Shown piece after piece: positions 47,861 to 57,742 of a DNA stretch of 64,000 nucleotides. This stretch comes from an uncultured Collinsella sp. Lineage in GTDB: Bacteria; Actinomycetota; Coriobacteriia; Coriobacteriales; Coriobacteriaceae. The notes under the pieces were generated by a model. That model was not told the DNA's origin. It made no database searches and saw only the letters and a list, made by a program, of their open reading frames with translations. Within the stretch, counting starts at the first letter, position 1. Each line of letters begins with the position of its first letter. The DNA lies in the NCBI GenBank assembly GCA_938039325.1, contig CALHUX010000047.1, forward strand, positions 37,909-101,908, written 5' to 3'. The position numbers were made by a program, and so were the translations under genes.

Positions 47861-50134
47861 TTAGCGGCGCTTGCGGGTGGCCGTTGCCTTGCGGACGGAA
47901 GTCTTCTTCGACGGCGCCTTTTTCTCGGTTGCGGCGGCGGGGGAGACCGGGGTCTCCATTGTGGGCTCGGGCTTGGCCTTTACTGCGGGTTTGGCCTCGG
48001 CCTTAGCTTCCGCCTTAGGAGCAGCAGCCTTGGTCGTGGTCTTTTTGGCCGTCGTTGCAGTGCGCTTGCGCGTGGTGGTCTTGGCGGTCGGCTTGGCCTC
48101 GACAGCTGCCTCGGCCTTGGGCTCGGCGGCTGCCTCCTCGGCCTTGGTCGCAGTAGCATTTGCGGCGGCCTTGGTCGCAGTAGCCTTGACGGCCGTCGAC
48201 TTCGTTGCCGTGTTCTTCTTGACGGTCGTTGCCTTCTTGGCGGTCGTGGTCGTCTTCTTGGCAGCGGTCTTTGCCGGAGCCTTGGCGGCCGGCTTGGCCT
48301 CTGCGACCTCGGCCTTTACCTCGGGAGCAGCCTCGGCCTCGGCGGCTTTCTTGGCAGCAGCGGTGGTGCGCTTGCGCGCGGTCGTTGTCTTGGCAGCGGT
48401 GGTCTTGCTCGCGGTCGCGGTCTTGCTCGCAGCGGCTTTCGTGGTCGTGGCCTTCTTCGCCGTCGTCTTACGAGTCGCGGTCTTCTTGGCTGCGGGCTTT
48501 ACAGCAGGCTTGACCTCGACCTCTGCCTTGGGAGCAACCTCAGCCTTCACCTCAGGCTCGGCCTTTGCGGGCTCAGCCTCAACAGACTTCTCCTCGGCCT
48601 TGGGCTCCTCGGCGGCCACCGGCTCAGCAACAGCCTCAGGCTCGTCGACAACAGCCGCTGGCCTCTCAATCTCCGGATGCATAAAGAAGTACAGGTCCAG
48701 ATACTTGTCGGCCGAGCGCGTCCAGCTAAAGTCCTGGCTCATGGCCTGCGTGACCAGCTGGTTCCAGGCATCGCGGTTGTCCCAGAACAGGCGTGCCGCA
48801 CGGAACACGGCGTCGCCCATCTCGTCGCCGTTAAAGTTACTAAACGAGAAGCCTGTGCCCTCGCCGGTAAACTCGTTATACGGGATCACGGTGTCCTTCA
48901 GACCACCGGTCTCGCGCACGATGGGCAGGGTGCCGTAGCGCATGGCGATGATCTGCGACAGGCCGCAGGGCTCAAACTTCGAAGGCATCAGGAACATGTC
49001 GGCGGCAGCATACATGCGCTGTGACAGCGCCGGATCGAACTCAATGCGTGCGGCCATGGTGCCGGGGTACTTGCCCTGGAAGTAGCGTAGACCGTCCTCG
49101 TAGTCGCGGTCGCCGGTGCCCAGCACCGCCACCTGCACGCCGCCGGCCAAAATGCGGTCGAGCGCGTACATGACCAGGTCCATGCCCTTCTGGCGCGTCA
49201 GGCGCGTGACCATCACCATGAGCGGACGATCGTCGCGAACCTCGAGCCCCAGCTCTTCCTGCAGCTTGGCCTTGCACACGGCCTTACCAGAACGGTCCTC
49301 CACGGTGTAGTTGGCGGCAATGCGCTTGTCGGTCGCCGGGTCAAAGCCCGCCACGTCGATGCCATTCAAAATGCCCTGCAGCGCATACGAGCGCTCGCGC
49401 AGCACGCCGTCCAGGCCCTCGCCAAACTCGGGCGTCTGGATCTCGCTGGCATAGGTGGGGCTCACCGTGGTGATGGCATCGGCATAGCGCAGCGCGCCCA
49501 GCATGTAGTTGATGCTGCAGGCGTCGCAACGCAGCTGCGAGGCGGCCGCCGGAATGTGCGCCACGCCCAGGATGTCCTCCATCACGGTGTCGCTAAACTG
49601 GCCTTGGAACGCCACGTTGTGTATCGAGAATACGGTCTTGACGCGGTCGTACAGCGGCAGGCCCTGGTAGAACTCGCGCAAGAACACGGGCGCCAGTGCC
49701 GTCTGCCAGTCATTGCAGTGCAGGATGTCACACTCAAAACCGGCCGGCAGGTGCTGCAGACTCTCGGTGATGGCCTTGGAGAAAAACGCGAAGCGCTCGC
49801 CGTCATCAAAGAAGCCGTACGGATAGTCGCGCGCAAAGTAGCGCTCGTTGTCGATGAACATATAGGTGACGCCGTCGTGCTCGAGCTTCTCGAGACCGCA
49901 GTACTCGTTGCGCCAGCCCAGGCTCACGTAAAAGTCGGCAAAGTGCTCCATCTGCGCCTTGTACTCGTCCTTGATGGTGGCGTACTTGGGCACCATGACG
50001 ATGACCTCGGCGCCGGCGCGCACAAGCGCCGCGGGCAGCGAGCCCGCCACGTCGCCCAGGCCACCGGTCTTTACAAACGGTGCGCACTCGGCCGAGGCAA
50101 ACACGATCTGCATCTTTTTGCTGGAATCTGCCAT
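47861..50134 (-). CDS. glgA: Glycogen synthase with long Ala/Lys/Thr/Pro-rich C-terminal extension
   Basis: Motifs KTGGLGDV, HCNDWQT, PSKFEPCGL and TGGLKDTV, followed by ~265 aa of low-complexity tail. Confidence 0.93.
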   Translation of the reverse strand: MADSSKKMQIVFASAECAPFVKTGGLGDVAGSLPAALVRAGAEVIVMVPKYATIKDEYKAQMEHFADFYVSLGWRNEYCGLEKLEHDGVTYMFIDNERYFARDYPYGFFDDGERFAFFSKAITESLQHLPAGFECDILHCNDWQTALAPVFLREFYQGLPLYDRVKTVFSIHNVAFQGQFSDTVMEDILGVAHIPAAASQLRCDACSINYMLGALRYADAITTVSPTYASEIQTPEFGEGLDGVLRERSYALQGILNGIDVAGFDPATDKRIAANYTVEDRSGKAVCKAKLQEELGLEVRDDRPLMVMVTRLTRQKGMDLVMYALDRILAGGVQVAVLGTGDRDYEDGLRYFQGKYPGTMAARIEFDPALSQRMYAAADMFLMPSKFEPCGLSQIIAMRYGTLPIVRETGGLKDTVIPYNEFTGEGTGFSFSNFNGDEMGDAVFRAARLFWDNRDAWNQLVTQAMSQDFSWTRSADKYLDLYFFMHPEIERPAAVVDEPEAVAEPVAAEEPKAEEKSVEAEPAKAEPEVKAEVAPKAEVEVKPAVKPAAKKTATRKTTAKKATTTKAAASKTATASKTTAAKTTTARKRTTAAAKKAAEAEAAPEVKAEVAEAKPAAKAPAKTAAKKTTTTAKKATTVKKNTATKSTAVKATATKAAANATATKAEEAAAEPKAEAAVEAKPTAKTTTRKRTATTAKKTTTKAAAPKAEAKAEAKPAVKAKPEPTMETPVSPAAATEKKAPSKKTSVRKATATRKRR

Positions 50135-50224
50135 ATTGTCTCCCATGTTGCAATTCGAGAATAGCCGCCTGGCGCTAACCGGGCGGCTATTCTACATGTT
50201 ACGAGCGATGTTGCGGTGCCAACG

Positions 50225-51352
50225 TTAACGTACGATGGTGGTGTCAGAAGTTAACGGAGCCTTGCCCAGCACCAGGATGTTCTCGGGCGTGCCGCGAAGC
50301 TCGGTGTTGGTGGGGACCACGTTGTTCTTGTCCAGAATGACGTTCTCGACGCGGGCGCCGCTCTTGATGATGCAGCTCTGGTTGATGATCGAGTTGGTCA
50401 CCGAAGCGCCTTCCTCGACCACGACGCCGCGCGACAGGATCGAGTTGCGCACGGTGCCCTTGATGATGCAGCCGGCCGAGATGATCGAGTTGCACGCGTG
50501 GCTGCCGGTCGCATAGCGCGAAGGCGGCACGTCGTGGGCCTTGGTCAGGATCGGGCGCTCGGGGTCAAAGAGCTGGTCGGCCACGGTCTGGTCGAGCAGG
50601 TCCATGCTGCGGCGATACAGCGACTTCTCGCTAAACACGCCCACGACCTCGCCCTTGTACTCGTAGCTGCACACGTCGATGTTGCCAAAGTCGCCCTGGA
50701 GTGCCTCGAGCAGGTCCAGATAGTCGGCGGCCTGGTAGTGGTCGATAATCTCGAGCAGCGTCTCGCGGTTGACGATGCAGCAGTCCATGGACGCGTTGTC
50801 GCCGTACACGACGCCGGCGCTCACGCCCGTCAGGCGGCCGTTCTCGTTAATCTCGAGCTTGGTCTCGTCATCGACGTTGCGCGTGGCCTTGCAGTACACC
50901 ACGGTCATCTGGGCACCGGAGTTCTCGTGCGCCTCGATGATGGTGTTGAGGTCCATGTTAAAGATGATGTTGGTGCCCATCATCACAACATAGGGCATGT
51001 CCGAGCGCTGGAACAGCGTCTTGTTGGAGATGATGTCGCGCAGCAGGAAGCGCATGCCGCCCTTGGTGGTGCCATACGCGTTGCCGGGGACCATGAACAG
51101 GCCGCCCTTCTTGCGGTCCAGGCCCCAGTCCTTGCCCGAGCCCACGTGGTCGATCAGCGAGCGGTAGTTACCCGGCATGACGACTCCAACGGTCTTGATG
51201 CCGGCGTTCATCATGTTGGACAGCGGAAAGTCGATCAGGCGGTAGCGGCCCAAAAACGGAACGGATGCGATGGGGCGGTCCTTGAGCAGCACGCTGCCGT
51301 AGGTCGAAGAGTAGTTAGCGGTGATGTAACCGATGGCCTTGCGATTGATCAT
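50225..51352 (-). CDS. glgD: ADP-glucose pyrophosphorylase subunit GlgD
   Basis: Motifs RPIASVPFLGRYRLIDF and HVGSGKDWGLDRKKGGL; beta-helix C-terminus; follows glgC. Confidence 0.9.
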   Translation of the reverse strand: MINRKAIGYITANYSSTYGSVLLKDRPIASVPFLGRYRLIDFPLSNMMNAGIKTVGVVMPGNYRSLIDHVGSGKDWGLDRKKGGLFMVPGNAYGTTKGGMRFLLRDIISNKTLFQRSDMPYVVMMGTNIIFNMDLNTIIEAHENSGAQMTVVYCKATRNVDDETKLEINENGRLTGVSAGVVYGDNASMDCCIVNRETLLEIIDHYQAADYLDLLEALQGDFGNIDVCSYEYKGEVVGVFSEKSLYRRSMDLLDQTVADQLFDPERPILTKAHDVPPSRYATGSHACNSIISAGCIIKGTVRNSILSRGVVVEEGASVTNSIINQSCIIKSGARVENVILDKNNVVPTNTELRGTPENILVLGKAPLTSDTTIVR

Positions 51353-51356
51353 CGGA

Positions 51357-52505
51357 TCATTCCCCCTTCCCGATAACGACGTCATTTCCAACGACGGCCG
51401 TATCCTTGGTGGTATCGACAGAGCCGAGCTTCACGCCCTCTTCGACCGTGGAGTTCTCGCCCAAAATAGCGCGGCAGATGTGCGCGCCGCTCTTAACGTG
51501 CGCACCCGGCAGCAGCACGGAGTCCTCGACCACGGCGCGCTCCTCGATGATGACATCGGTCGAAAGGATCGAGTGGCGAGCGGTGCCGTAGATCTTGCAG
51601 CCGTTGGAGACCAGGCAGTCGTCCAGGCGGCCGTCCGGGCCAATGTAGTGCGGCGGACGCGTGGTGATGTTGGACATGATGGGGAAGTTCTTGTCGAACA
51701 GATCGAACTCGGGGTTGTTACCCAGCAGGTCCATCGAGGTCTCATGGAAGCTGGCGATGGTGCCGACGTCCTTCCAGAAGCCGTGGAACTCGTAGCTGTA
51801 CAGGCGCTTGTTCTCACCGAGCAGCTTGGGGATGATGTCCTTGCCAAAGTCGTGGCTCGAGCGCTGGTCCAGAGCGTCCTCCTCGAGCGCCTCGATCAGC
51901 ACGTCGGCCGAGAAGATGTAGATGCCCATGGACGCGAGGTTCGAATCGGGCTTCTCGGGCTTCTCGGTGAACTTGGTGATGCGGCCGTCTTCGGGGTCGG
52001 TGGTCAGGATGCCAAAGCGGCTGGCCTCCTCCCACGGCACGGGCATAACGCTCACCGTGAGGTCGGCGTTGTTCTCAATGTGCGTCTTGAGCATCTTGCG
52101 GTAGTCCATGCGATACAGGTGATCGCCCGAAAGAATCAGAACGTACTTGGGGTCGTTCGCCTTGATGTAGTCGAGGTTCTGCGTAATGGCGTCGGCCGTG
52201 CCCGCATACCAGGCGCCGCCGGTCTGCGTCTCGTACGGCGGCAGGATCGACACGCCGCCGTCGCGGCTGTCCAGATCCCACGCCTCGCCGGAGCCCACGT
52301 AGGCATGCAGCAGGTAGGGACGGTACTGCGTCAGAACGCCCACTGTGTCGATGCCCGAGTTTGAGCAGTTGGAGAGCGAAAAGTCGATAATGCGGAACTT
52401 GCCACCAAAGCTAACCGCCGGCTTGGCGATCTTTTGGGTGAGTGCCCCCAATCGGCTGCCCTGTCCTCCTGCGAGGAGCATCGCGATGCATTCTTTCTTA
52501 CTCAT
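51357..52505 (-). CDS. glgC: Glucose-1-phosphate adenylyltransferase
   Basis: Motifs [26 protein letters not shown] and DFGKDIIP. Confidence 0.96.
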   Translation of the reverse strand: MSKKECIAMLLAGGQGSRLGALTQKIAKPAVSFGGKFRIIDFSLSNCSNSGIDTVGVLTQYRPYLLHAYVGSGEAWDLDSRDGGVSILPPYETQTGGAWYAGTADAITQNLDYIKANDPKYVLILSGDHLYRMDYRKMLKTHIENNADLTVSVMPVPWEEASRFGILTTDPEDGRITKFTEKPEKPDSNLASMGIYIFSADVLIEALEEDALDQRSSHDFGKDIIPKLLGENKRLYSYEFHGFWKDVGTIASFHETSMDLLGNNPEFDLFDKNFPIMSNITTRPPHYIGPDGRLDDCLVSNGCKIYGTARHSILSTDVIIEERAVVEDSVLLPGAHVKSGAHICRAILGENSTVEEGVKLGSVDTTKDTAVVGNDVVIGKGE

Positions 52506-52613
52506 CGATTTCTCCTTCTGTCATCGATGTTTCTAACCCATTAGCGGTGGGCGCGGCGCCTGGTCGCGCCCACCGAATAATGCCGTGCGGCAAAGGGAGC
52601 TCGCGCGCCTTCT

Positions 52614-55040
52614 TTACGCGTGCCAGATCTCGTCGCGATACTCGCGAATGGTGCGGTCGCTCGAGAACCAGCCGGAGGAGGCGGTGTTGAGCAGCGCCTT
52701 GCGGTTCCAGGTCTCCTGGTCGCCGTAGCTGTTCGTGAGCTTCTCCCAGGCGTCGACGTAGCTGCGGAAGTCCGCCATGACCAGGTCGGGGTCGTTGTTG
52801 TTCATGAGCTCGTTGTAGATGCTCTCGAAGTTGCCCGAAAGACCTGCAAAGGTGTTGTCCTTGAGCTCGTCCATCACGCGGCCCAGGCGCTCGCGGTCGC
52901 CGTTGAGGGTATCCCACGCAAAGTAGCTGTTGGATGCCCAGAGCTGCTCGACCTCGGGGGCGGTCAGGCCAAAGATGGCCTCGTTCTCGCGGCCGGCCAG
53001 GTCGGCGATCTCGATGTTGGCGCCGTCGAGGGTGCCCAGCGTAATGGCGCCGTTCATCATGAGCTTCATGTTGGACGTGCCCGAGGCCTCCTTGCCGGCC
53101 GTGGAGATCTGCTCCGAGATCTCGGCGGCGGGGTAGATGAGCTGGGCGTTGCTCACACGGAAGTTGGGGATAAAGCAGACCTTCATAACCTCGTTGACAC
53201 GGGCATCGTTGTTGATGACGTCGGCCACGGAGTTAATGAGGCGGATGGTCTCCTTGGCAAAGGTATAGCTCGAGGCAGCTTTACCGCTAAAGATGAAGGT
53301 CGTCGGCGTCACGTGGAAGTTGGGATCGGCGATGCGACGGTTGTAGATGTCCATCACCTTCATGATGTTCATGAGCTGGCGCTTGTAGGCATGGAAGCGC
53401 TTCACCTGAACGTCGAAGACGGTGTTGGGGTCAATGACCAGACCGGTCTCGGCCTTAACATAGGCGGCCAGGCGCTCCTTGTTGGCGCGCTTGGAGGCAC
53501 CCACGGCCTTCAGGAACTCGGTGTCGTCTTTAAACTGCTTAAGCTTCTCCAGCTCAAAGGCGTCCTTCAGCCAGCCATCACCAATGGCCTCAGTCACGAG
53601 CTTGGCATAGGTGGGGTTGGCCTCGGCAAAGAAGCGACGGTGCGAGATGCCGTTGGTCTTGTTGTTGAACTTCTCGGGCGTCAGGGCATAGAAGTCCTTG
53701 AGCACGATGTTCTTGATGATGTCGGAGTGGATCTTTGCCACGCCGTTGACGCTGTGGCTGCAGATCACGGACAGGTTGGCCATGCGAATCTCGCCGTCCC
53801 ACAGGATGGCGGTCTGGCGCAGACGCTCCTGCCAGCCTTCCTGCGTGGTGTCGAACGACTCGTGCCAACGACGGCTGATTTCGTCAATGATCTGGTATAC
53901 GCGGGGGAGGAGCTTGGAGAACGTGCCGATGGGCCACTTCTCCAGAGCCTCGGGCAGGATAGTGTGGTTGGTGTAGCTCACGACCTGCGTCACGATGTTC
54001 CAGGCGTCGTCCCACTCGAGCTTCTTCTCGTCGATGAGGATACGCATGAGCTCGGGGCCGCACATGGCGGGGTGGGTATCGTTGGTATGGATGGCCACAA
54101 ACTGCGGCAGCAGCTCCCAGTTCGCGCCGTGCTCCTTCTCAAAGGTGTCGAGCAGGCTGTAGATGCCGGCCGAGACAAACAGGTACTCCTGCTTCAGGCG
54201 CAGCAGACGGCCGTGCTCGCCGGCGTCGTTGGGGTAGAGGATGGCGCTGATGGCCTCGGCTTCGGCGCGCTCGGCATCGGCCAGGGCATAGTCGCCGCGG
54301 TTGAAGGCCTCCAGGTCAAAGTGCTCCTCGACCGGCTCGGCGGCCCAGACGCGCAGCTTGTTGACGGTCTCGCCGGCATAGCCCACCACGGGGATGTCAT
54401 AAGGGACGGCCAGGATGTCCTGCGTGTCCACCGTGCGGTAGAACGTGCGGCCGTTCTCCTCAAAGCCCTCAACGTGACCACCAAACTTGATGGTCACGGC
54501 CTTGTCCTGACGACGGACTTCCCAGGGATAGCCGTGCGTGAGCCACTCGTCGGTGGCCTCGACCTGGCTGCCGTTGACGATCTCCTGTTTAAACAGACCG
54601 TAACGGTAGCGCATGCCGTTGCCGTAGCCGGCAATGCCCTCGGCTGCCATGGAATCCAAGAAGCACGCTGCCAGGCGGCCCAGTCCGCCGTTACCCAGAG
54701 CCGGATCGGGCTCCTGGTTCTCGATGACGGACAGGTCAAAGCCCATGTCATCGAGCGCCTCGGCGACCATGTCGCGCACTCCAAAGTTGAGCAGGTAGTT
54801 GTCGAGCAGGCGACCGATCAGAAACTCGATCGAGAAGTAGTACACGCGCTTCTTGCCCTCGGCGGTGGCGCGGGCGTCGCTCTTGGTGGCAACGGTGCGT
54901 GCCTTCTCGGCTACGAGCTTGGCCAGGGCGTTAAAGCGGTCGAGGTCGCTGGCGGCCTCGACGCTCTTGCCGCTGATGCTCATGACGGCATCGCGATAGA
55001 GCTCGGTAAACTCCTGCTTGTTGTCGAAGATCTTATTCAT
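52614..55040 (-). CDS. glgP: Glycogen/starch phosphorylase
   Basis: Motifs LGNGGLGRLAACF, NDTHP, KRFHAYKRQ and EASGTSNMK (PLP lysine). Confidence 0.96.
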   Translation of the reverse strand: MNKIFDNKQEFTELYRDAVMSISGKSVEAASDLDRFNALAKLVAEKARTVATKSDARATAEGKKRVYYFSIEFLIGRLLDNYLLNFGVRDMVAEALDDMGFDLSVIENQEPDPALGNGGLGRLAACFLDSMAAEGIAGYGNGMRYRYGLFKQEIVNGSQVEATDEWLTHGYPWEVRRQDKAVTIKFGGHVEGFEENGRTFYRTVDTQDILAVPYDIPVVGYAGETVNKLRVWAAEPVEEHFDLEAFNRGDYALADAERAEAEAISAILYPNDAGEHGRLLRLKQEYLFVSAGIYSLLDTFEKEHGANWELLPQFVAIHTNDTHPAMCGPELMRILIDEKKLEWDDAWNIVTQVVSYTNHTILPEALEKWPIGTFSKLLPRVYQIIDEISRRWHESFDTTQEGWQERLRQTAILWDGEIRMANLSVICSHSVNGVAKIHSDIIKNIVLKDFYALTPEKFNNKTNGISHRRFFAEANPTYAKLVTEAIGDGWLKDAFELEKLKQFKDDTEFLKAVGASKRANKERLAAYVKAETGLVIDPNTVFDVQVKRFHAYKRQLMNIMKVMDIYNRRIADPNFHVTPTTFIFSGKAASSYTFAKETIRLINSVADVINNDARVNEVMKVCFIPNFRVSNAQLIYPAAEISEQISTAGKEASGTSNMKLMMNGAITLGTLDGANIEIADLAGRENEAIFGLTAPEVEQLWASNSYFAWDTLNGDRERLGRVMDELKDNTFAGLSGNFESIYNELMNNNDPDLVMADFRSYVDAWEKLTNSYGDQETWNRKALLNTASSGWFSSDRTIREYRDEIWHA

Positions 55041-55134
55041 ACGTTCCTTTCCCCCGGGGATGTTTCTCCCGGAACGGTTATGACATGTATCCTACGCCCC
55101 CGCGGGGCGGGTAATTACAGCTGTAACGGTTTTG

Positions 55135-57411
55135 TTACGCATCCTTGGCAGACGGCTTAACAGAAGCAGACTTGGCCTTGGTAGCGGCCTTTTTGGCAGC
55201 CGGTTTCTTGGCTGCGGCCTTAGCAGCGGGCTTTGCGGCAGCCTTGGCCTTGGCCTTGGTCGTCGTAGCCTTGGCCTTAGCCGGAGCCTTCTTAGCAGCC
55301 GCAGGCTTGGGCTTCACCGAAGACATGCGCTTTTTGGGCGCAGCCTTGGGCTCCTCGACCACGGGCGGCTTATAGCTGCTGGGACCGCGGCGCTTAAGCA
55401 CCACACCTGCCAGACCGGGTACCTTAATCTCGATGGAGTCCATCTGCCCGTTCCAGGGATAGGGCTCGCTCGAGCAGGTGTAGGGCTCCTTGCCGGCATA
55501 GCCGCTGCCGCCAAACTCAGGACGGTCAGAATCGAAGATGACCTCCCAGTCACCCTCGCGCGGCACGCCCACGCGGAAGCTCTCGTAGCTCGCCGGGTCA
55601 AAGTTGATCAGGATCACCAGGTCGTCATCGACGTCCTCGCCCTGGCGCACAAAGCTCACGATGGACTGCTTGGAGTTGTCCGCATCGATCCAGGTAAAGC
55701 CGTCGTCGGTGTAGCCGCGCTCGTACAGGGCGGGCTCGGCGGTGTACAGGTGGTTGAGCGCCTTGATAAACGCCTGATGATGACGGTGAGTCTCGTACTC
55801 CTCGGTTAGGAACCACTGGATGGACTCGTAGTAGCGCCACTCAATAAACTGGCCGATCTCGTTGCCCATAAAGTTGAGCTTGGCGCCGGGGTGCGTCATC
55901 TGGTAGAAAGCCAGCGTGCGCAGGCCGGCAAACTGGCGCCACCAGTCGCCCGGCATGCGGCCGATGAGCGAGCACTTGCCGTGGACGACCTCGTCGTGGC
56001 TCAGCGGGCAAATAAAGTTCTCGGTAAAGGCGTACATGATGGAGAACGTGAGCAGCCCGTGGTTGCCGGGGCGCCACGGAAAATCGGTCTGCATGTAGTG
56101 CAGAGTGTCGTTCATCCAGCCCATGTCCCACTTGTAGTGGAAGCCCAGGCCGCCGTCCTGCGGCGGGTAGGTCACGAGCGGCCACGCGGTGGACTCCTCG
56201 GCCATCATCATCACGTCAGGGAAGTGGGCCTCCACGGCGCAGTTGACCTGGCGGATAAACGCGCTGGCATCCAGGTCCTCCTCGGTTCCGTACTTGTTGA
56301 ACTTCTTTTGGCCCGGATCGTCGATGCCAAAGTTGAGGTACAGCATGCTGGACACGCCATCCATGCGAATGCCGTCAACATGGAAGTTCTCGAGCCAGTA
56401 CAGCACGTTGGAGACCAGGAAGGAGCGGACCTCGCCACGGGCGAAGTCGAACTTGTGCGTTCCCCAGTTGGGGTGAATCTCGTGCTCAAACAGCATGTGG
56501 CCGTTAAAGGTGGCAAGGCCGTGGGAGTCGGAGCAAAAACCGCCGGGCACCCAGTCCATGATTACGCCAATGCCCGCCTCGTGACACGCATCGATAAAGT
56601 GCATGAGCTGCTGCGGGTCGCCATAGCGCGACGTGGCGGCATAGTAGCCGGTCGTCTGGTAGCCCCAGGAGCCATCGAAGGGATGCTCCATAAGCGGCAT
56701 GACCTCGATATGCGTGTAGCCCATGTCGTGCACGTAGTCCACGAGCTCGACCGACAGATCGTCGTAGGTGTAGAACTCGCCGCGCTGCGCGGGGAAGGGG
56801 TCCATGGGACCGGGGTAGTTGCCGTACTCGTCCGGCTCGCCCTGTGGCGCGTCGCCGTGGCGCTTCCACGAGCCAATATGCACCTCGTAGATGTTAAGGG
56901 GCTGCGACATGTGGTTATGACTGGCGCGGCGCTTGAGCCATGCGGCGTCGTTCCACTTGTAGCCATCGAGGGTCCACAGCACGCTTGCCGTTCCCGGAGG
57001 GCACTCAGCCTTGAAGGCGTACGGATCGGCCTTGTAGAGCTTCTCGCCCTCGTTGGTCTCAATGAGATACTTATAGAGCTGACCTTGTTCTGCGCCAGGA
57101 ATAAAGCCTTCCCAAATAGCGCTCGTATGCACGGGCACCAGAGGGTTGGCTTCCTCATCCCAGTCGTTAAATTCGCCAATGACATGCACGCTCTTTACGT
57201 CGGGCGCCCAAACGCAAAAACGCCAGCCGCGCGTACGGTTCTGCGTGTCGGGATGCGCGCCCATCTTTTCCCAGCTGCGCTCCCACGTGCCGATGCCAAA
57301 CAGGTAGACATCGTCCTTGGAGAGTTCCGGTGCGTGCGGGGCGGCTTTACGGGTAGCGGGCTTTTTAGTTGCTGGCTTTAGCTTTGTATCGCTCACGTTT
57401 GATCCCATCAT
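55135..57411 (-). CDS. glgB: 1,4-alpha-glucan branching enzyme with Lys/Ala-rich N- and C-terminal extensions (start uncertain)
   Basis: Motifs YEVHIGSW, SWGYQ, GIRMDGV, AEEST, KWDMGWM and LSHDEVVHGK; tail PAAAKKAPAK...KPAAKKAATKAK. Confidence 0.93.
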   Translation of the reverse strand: MMGSNVSDTKLKPATKKPATRKAAPHAPELSKDDVYLFGIGTWERSWEKMGAHPDTQNRTRGWRFCVWAPDVKSVHVIGEFNDWDEEANPLVPVHTSAIWEGFIPGAEQGQLYKYLIETNEGEKLYKADPYAFKAECPPGTASVLWTLDGYKWNDAAWLKRRASHNHMSQPLNIYEVHIGSWKRHGDAPQGEPDEYGNYPGPMDPFPAQRGEFYTYDDLSVELVDYVHDMGYTHIEVMPLMEHPFDGSWGYQTTGYYAATSRYGDPQQLMHFIDACHEAGIGVIMDWVPGGFCSDSHGLATFNGHMLFEHEIHPNWGTHKFDFARGEVRSFLVSNVLYWLENFHVDGIRMDGVSSMLYLNFGIDDPGQKKFNKYGTEEDLDASAFIRQVNCAVEAHFPDVMMMAEESTAWPLVTYPPQDGGLGFHYKWDMGWMNDTLHYMQTDFPWRPGNHGLLTFSIMYAFTENFICPLSHDEVVHGKCSLIGRMPGDWWRQFAGLRTLAFYQMTHPGAKLNFMGNEIGQFIEWRYYESIQWFLTEEYETHRHHQAFIKALNHLYTAEPALYERGYTDDGFTWIDADNSKQSIVSFVRQGEDVDDDLVILINFDPASYESFRVGVPREGDWEVIFDSDRPEFGGSGYAGKEPYTCSSEPYPWNGQMDSIEIKVPGLAGVVLKRRGPSSYKPPVVEEPKAAPKKRMSSVKPKPAAAKKAPAKAKATTTKAKAKAAAKPAAKAAAKKPAAKKAATKAKSASVKPSAKDA

Positions 57412-57632
57412 GACGCGGCAGCGTGTTGCCTTGGTGACTAGATGCGAAAGGTCCAAGGCTGCACGAATCGAAGGGACGGCGATAGTTCTATGATTCGTTC
57501 CACCTCGCGTGCTCGGTGGAACTTTCGGCAGAAACTACGATAACACCTGTACGTTACTTTTATGAAGGAAAGTGGTTTTAGGGCGGTGTTTAATCGGCGA
57601 GCGCCATGTTTAGACCACTGGCAGAATTGCGA

Positions 57633-57720
57633 TGGTAAAACTCTTGACAGTTTTACCAATTAGGGTTTCAAGATTGTTAGTCTGACGTTTGGTAAAACGT
57701 TTTTATCAGGATGTTTACCA
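57633..57720. promoter_or_regulatory. Divergent control region with four TGGTAAA(A)C half-sites and a TTGACA hexamer
   Basis: The inverted repeat TGGTAAAACT / AGTTTTACCA (57633-57658) straddles TTGACA (57644-57649). TGGTAAAACGTTTTT lies at 57690 and GTTTACCA at 57713. Confidence 0.6.
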
Positions 57721-57742
57721 TTTGACATTGAAAGGTTCGTAT

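Noticed and set aside
52620..55160. Long antisense ORFs (846 aa here; also 35564-37015, 41268-42788, 47871-48938, 55891-57381, 11933-13528)
   Set aside because: Shadow ORFs opposite well-supported genes, expected from high-GC codon bias; they contain no recognisable motifs.
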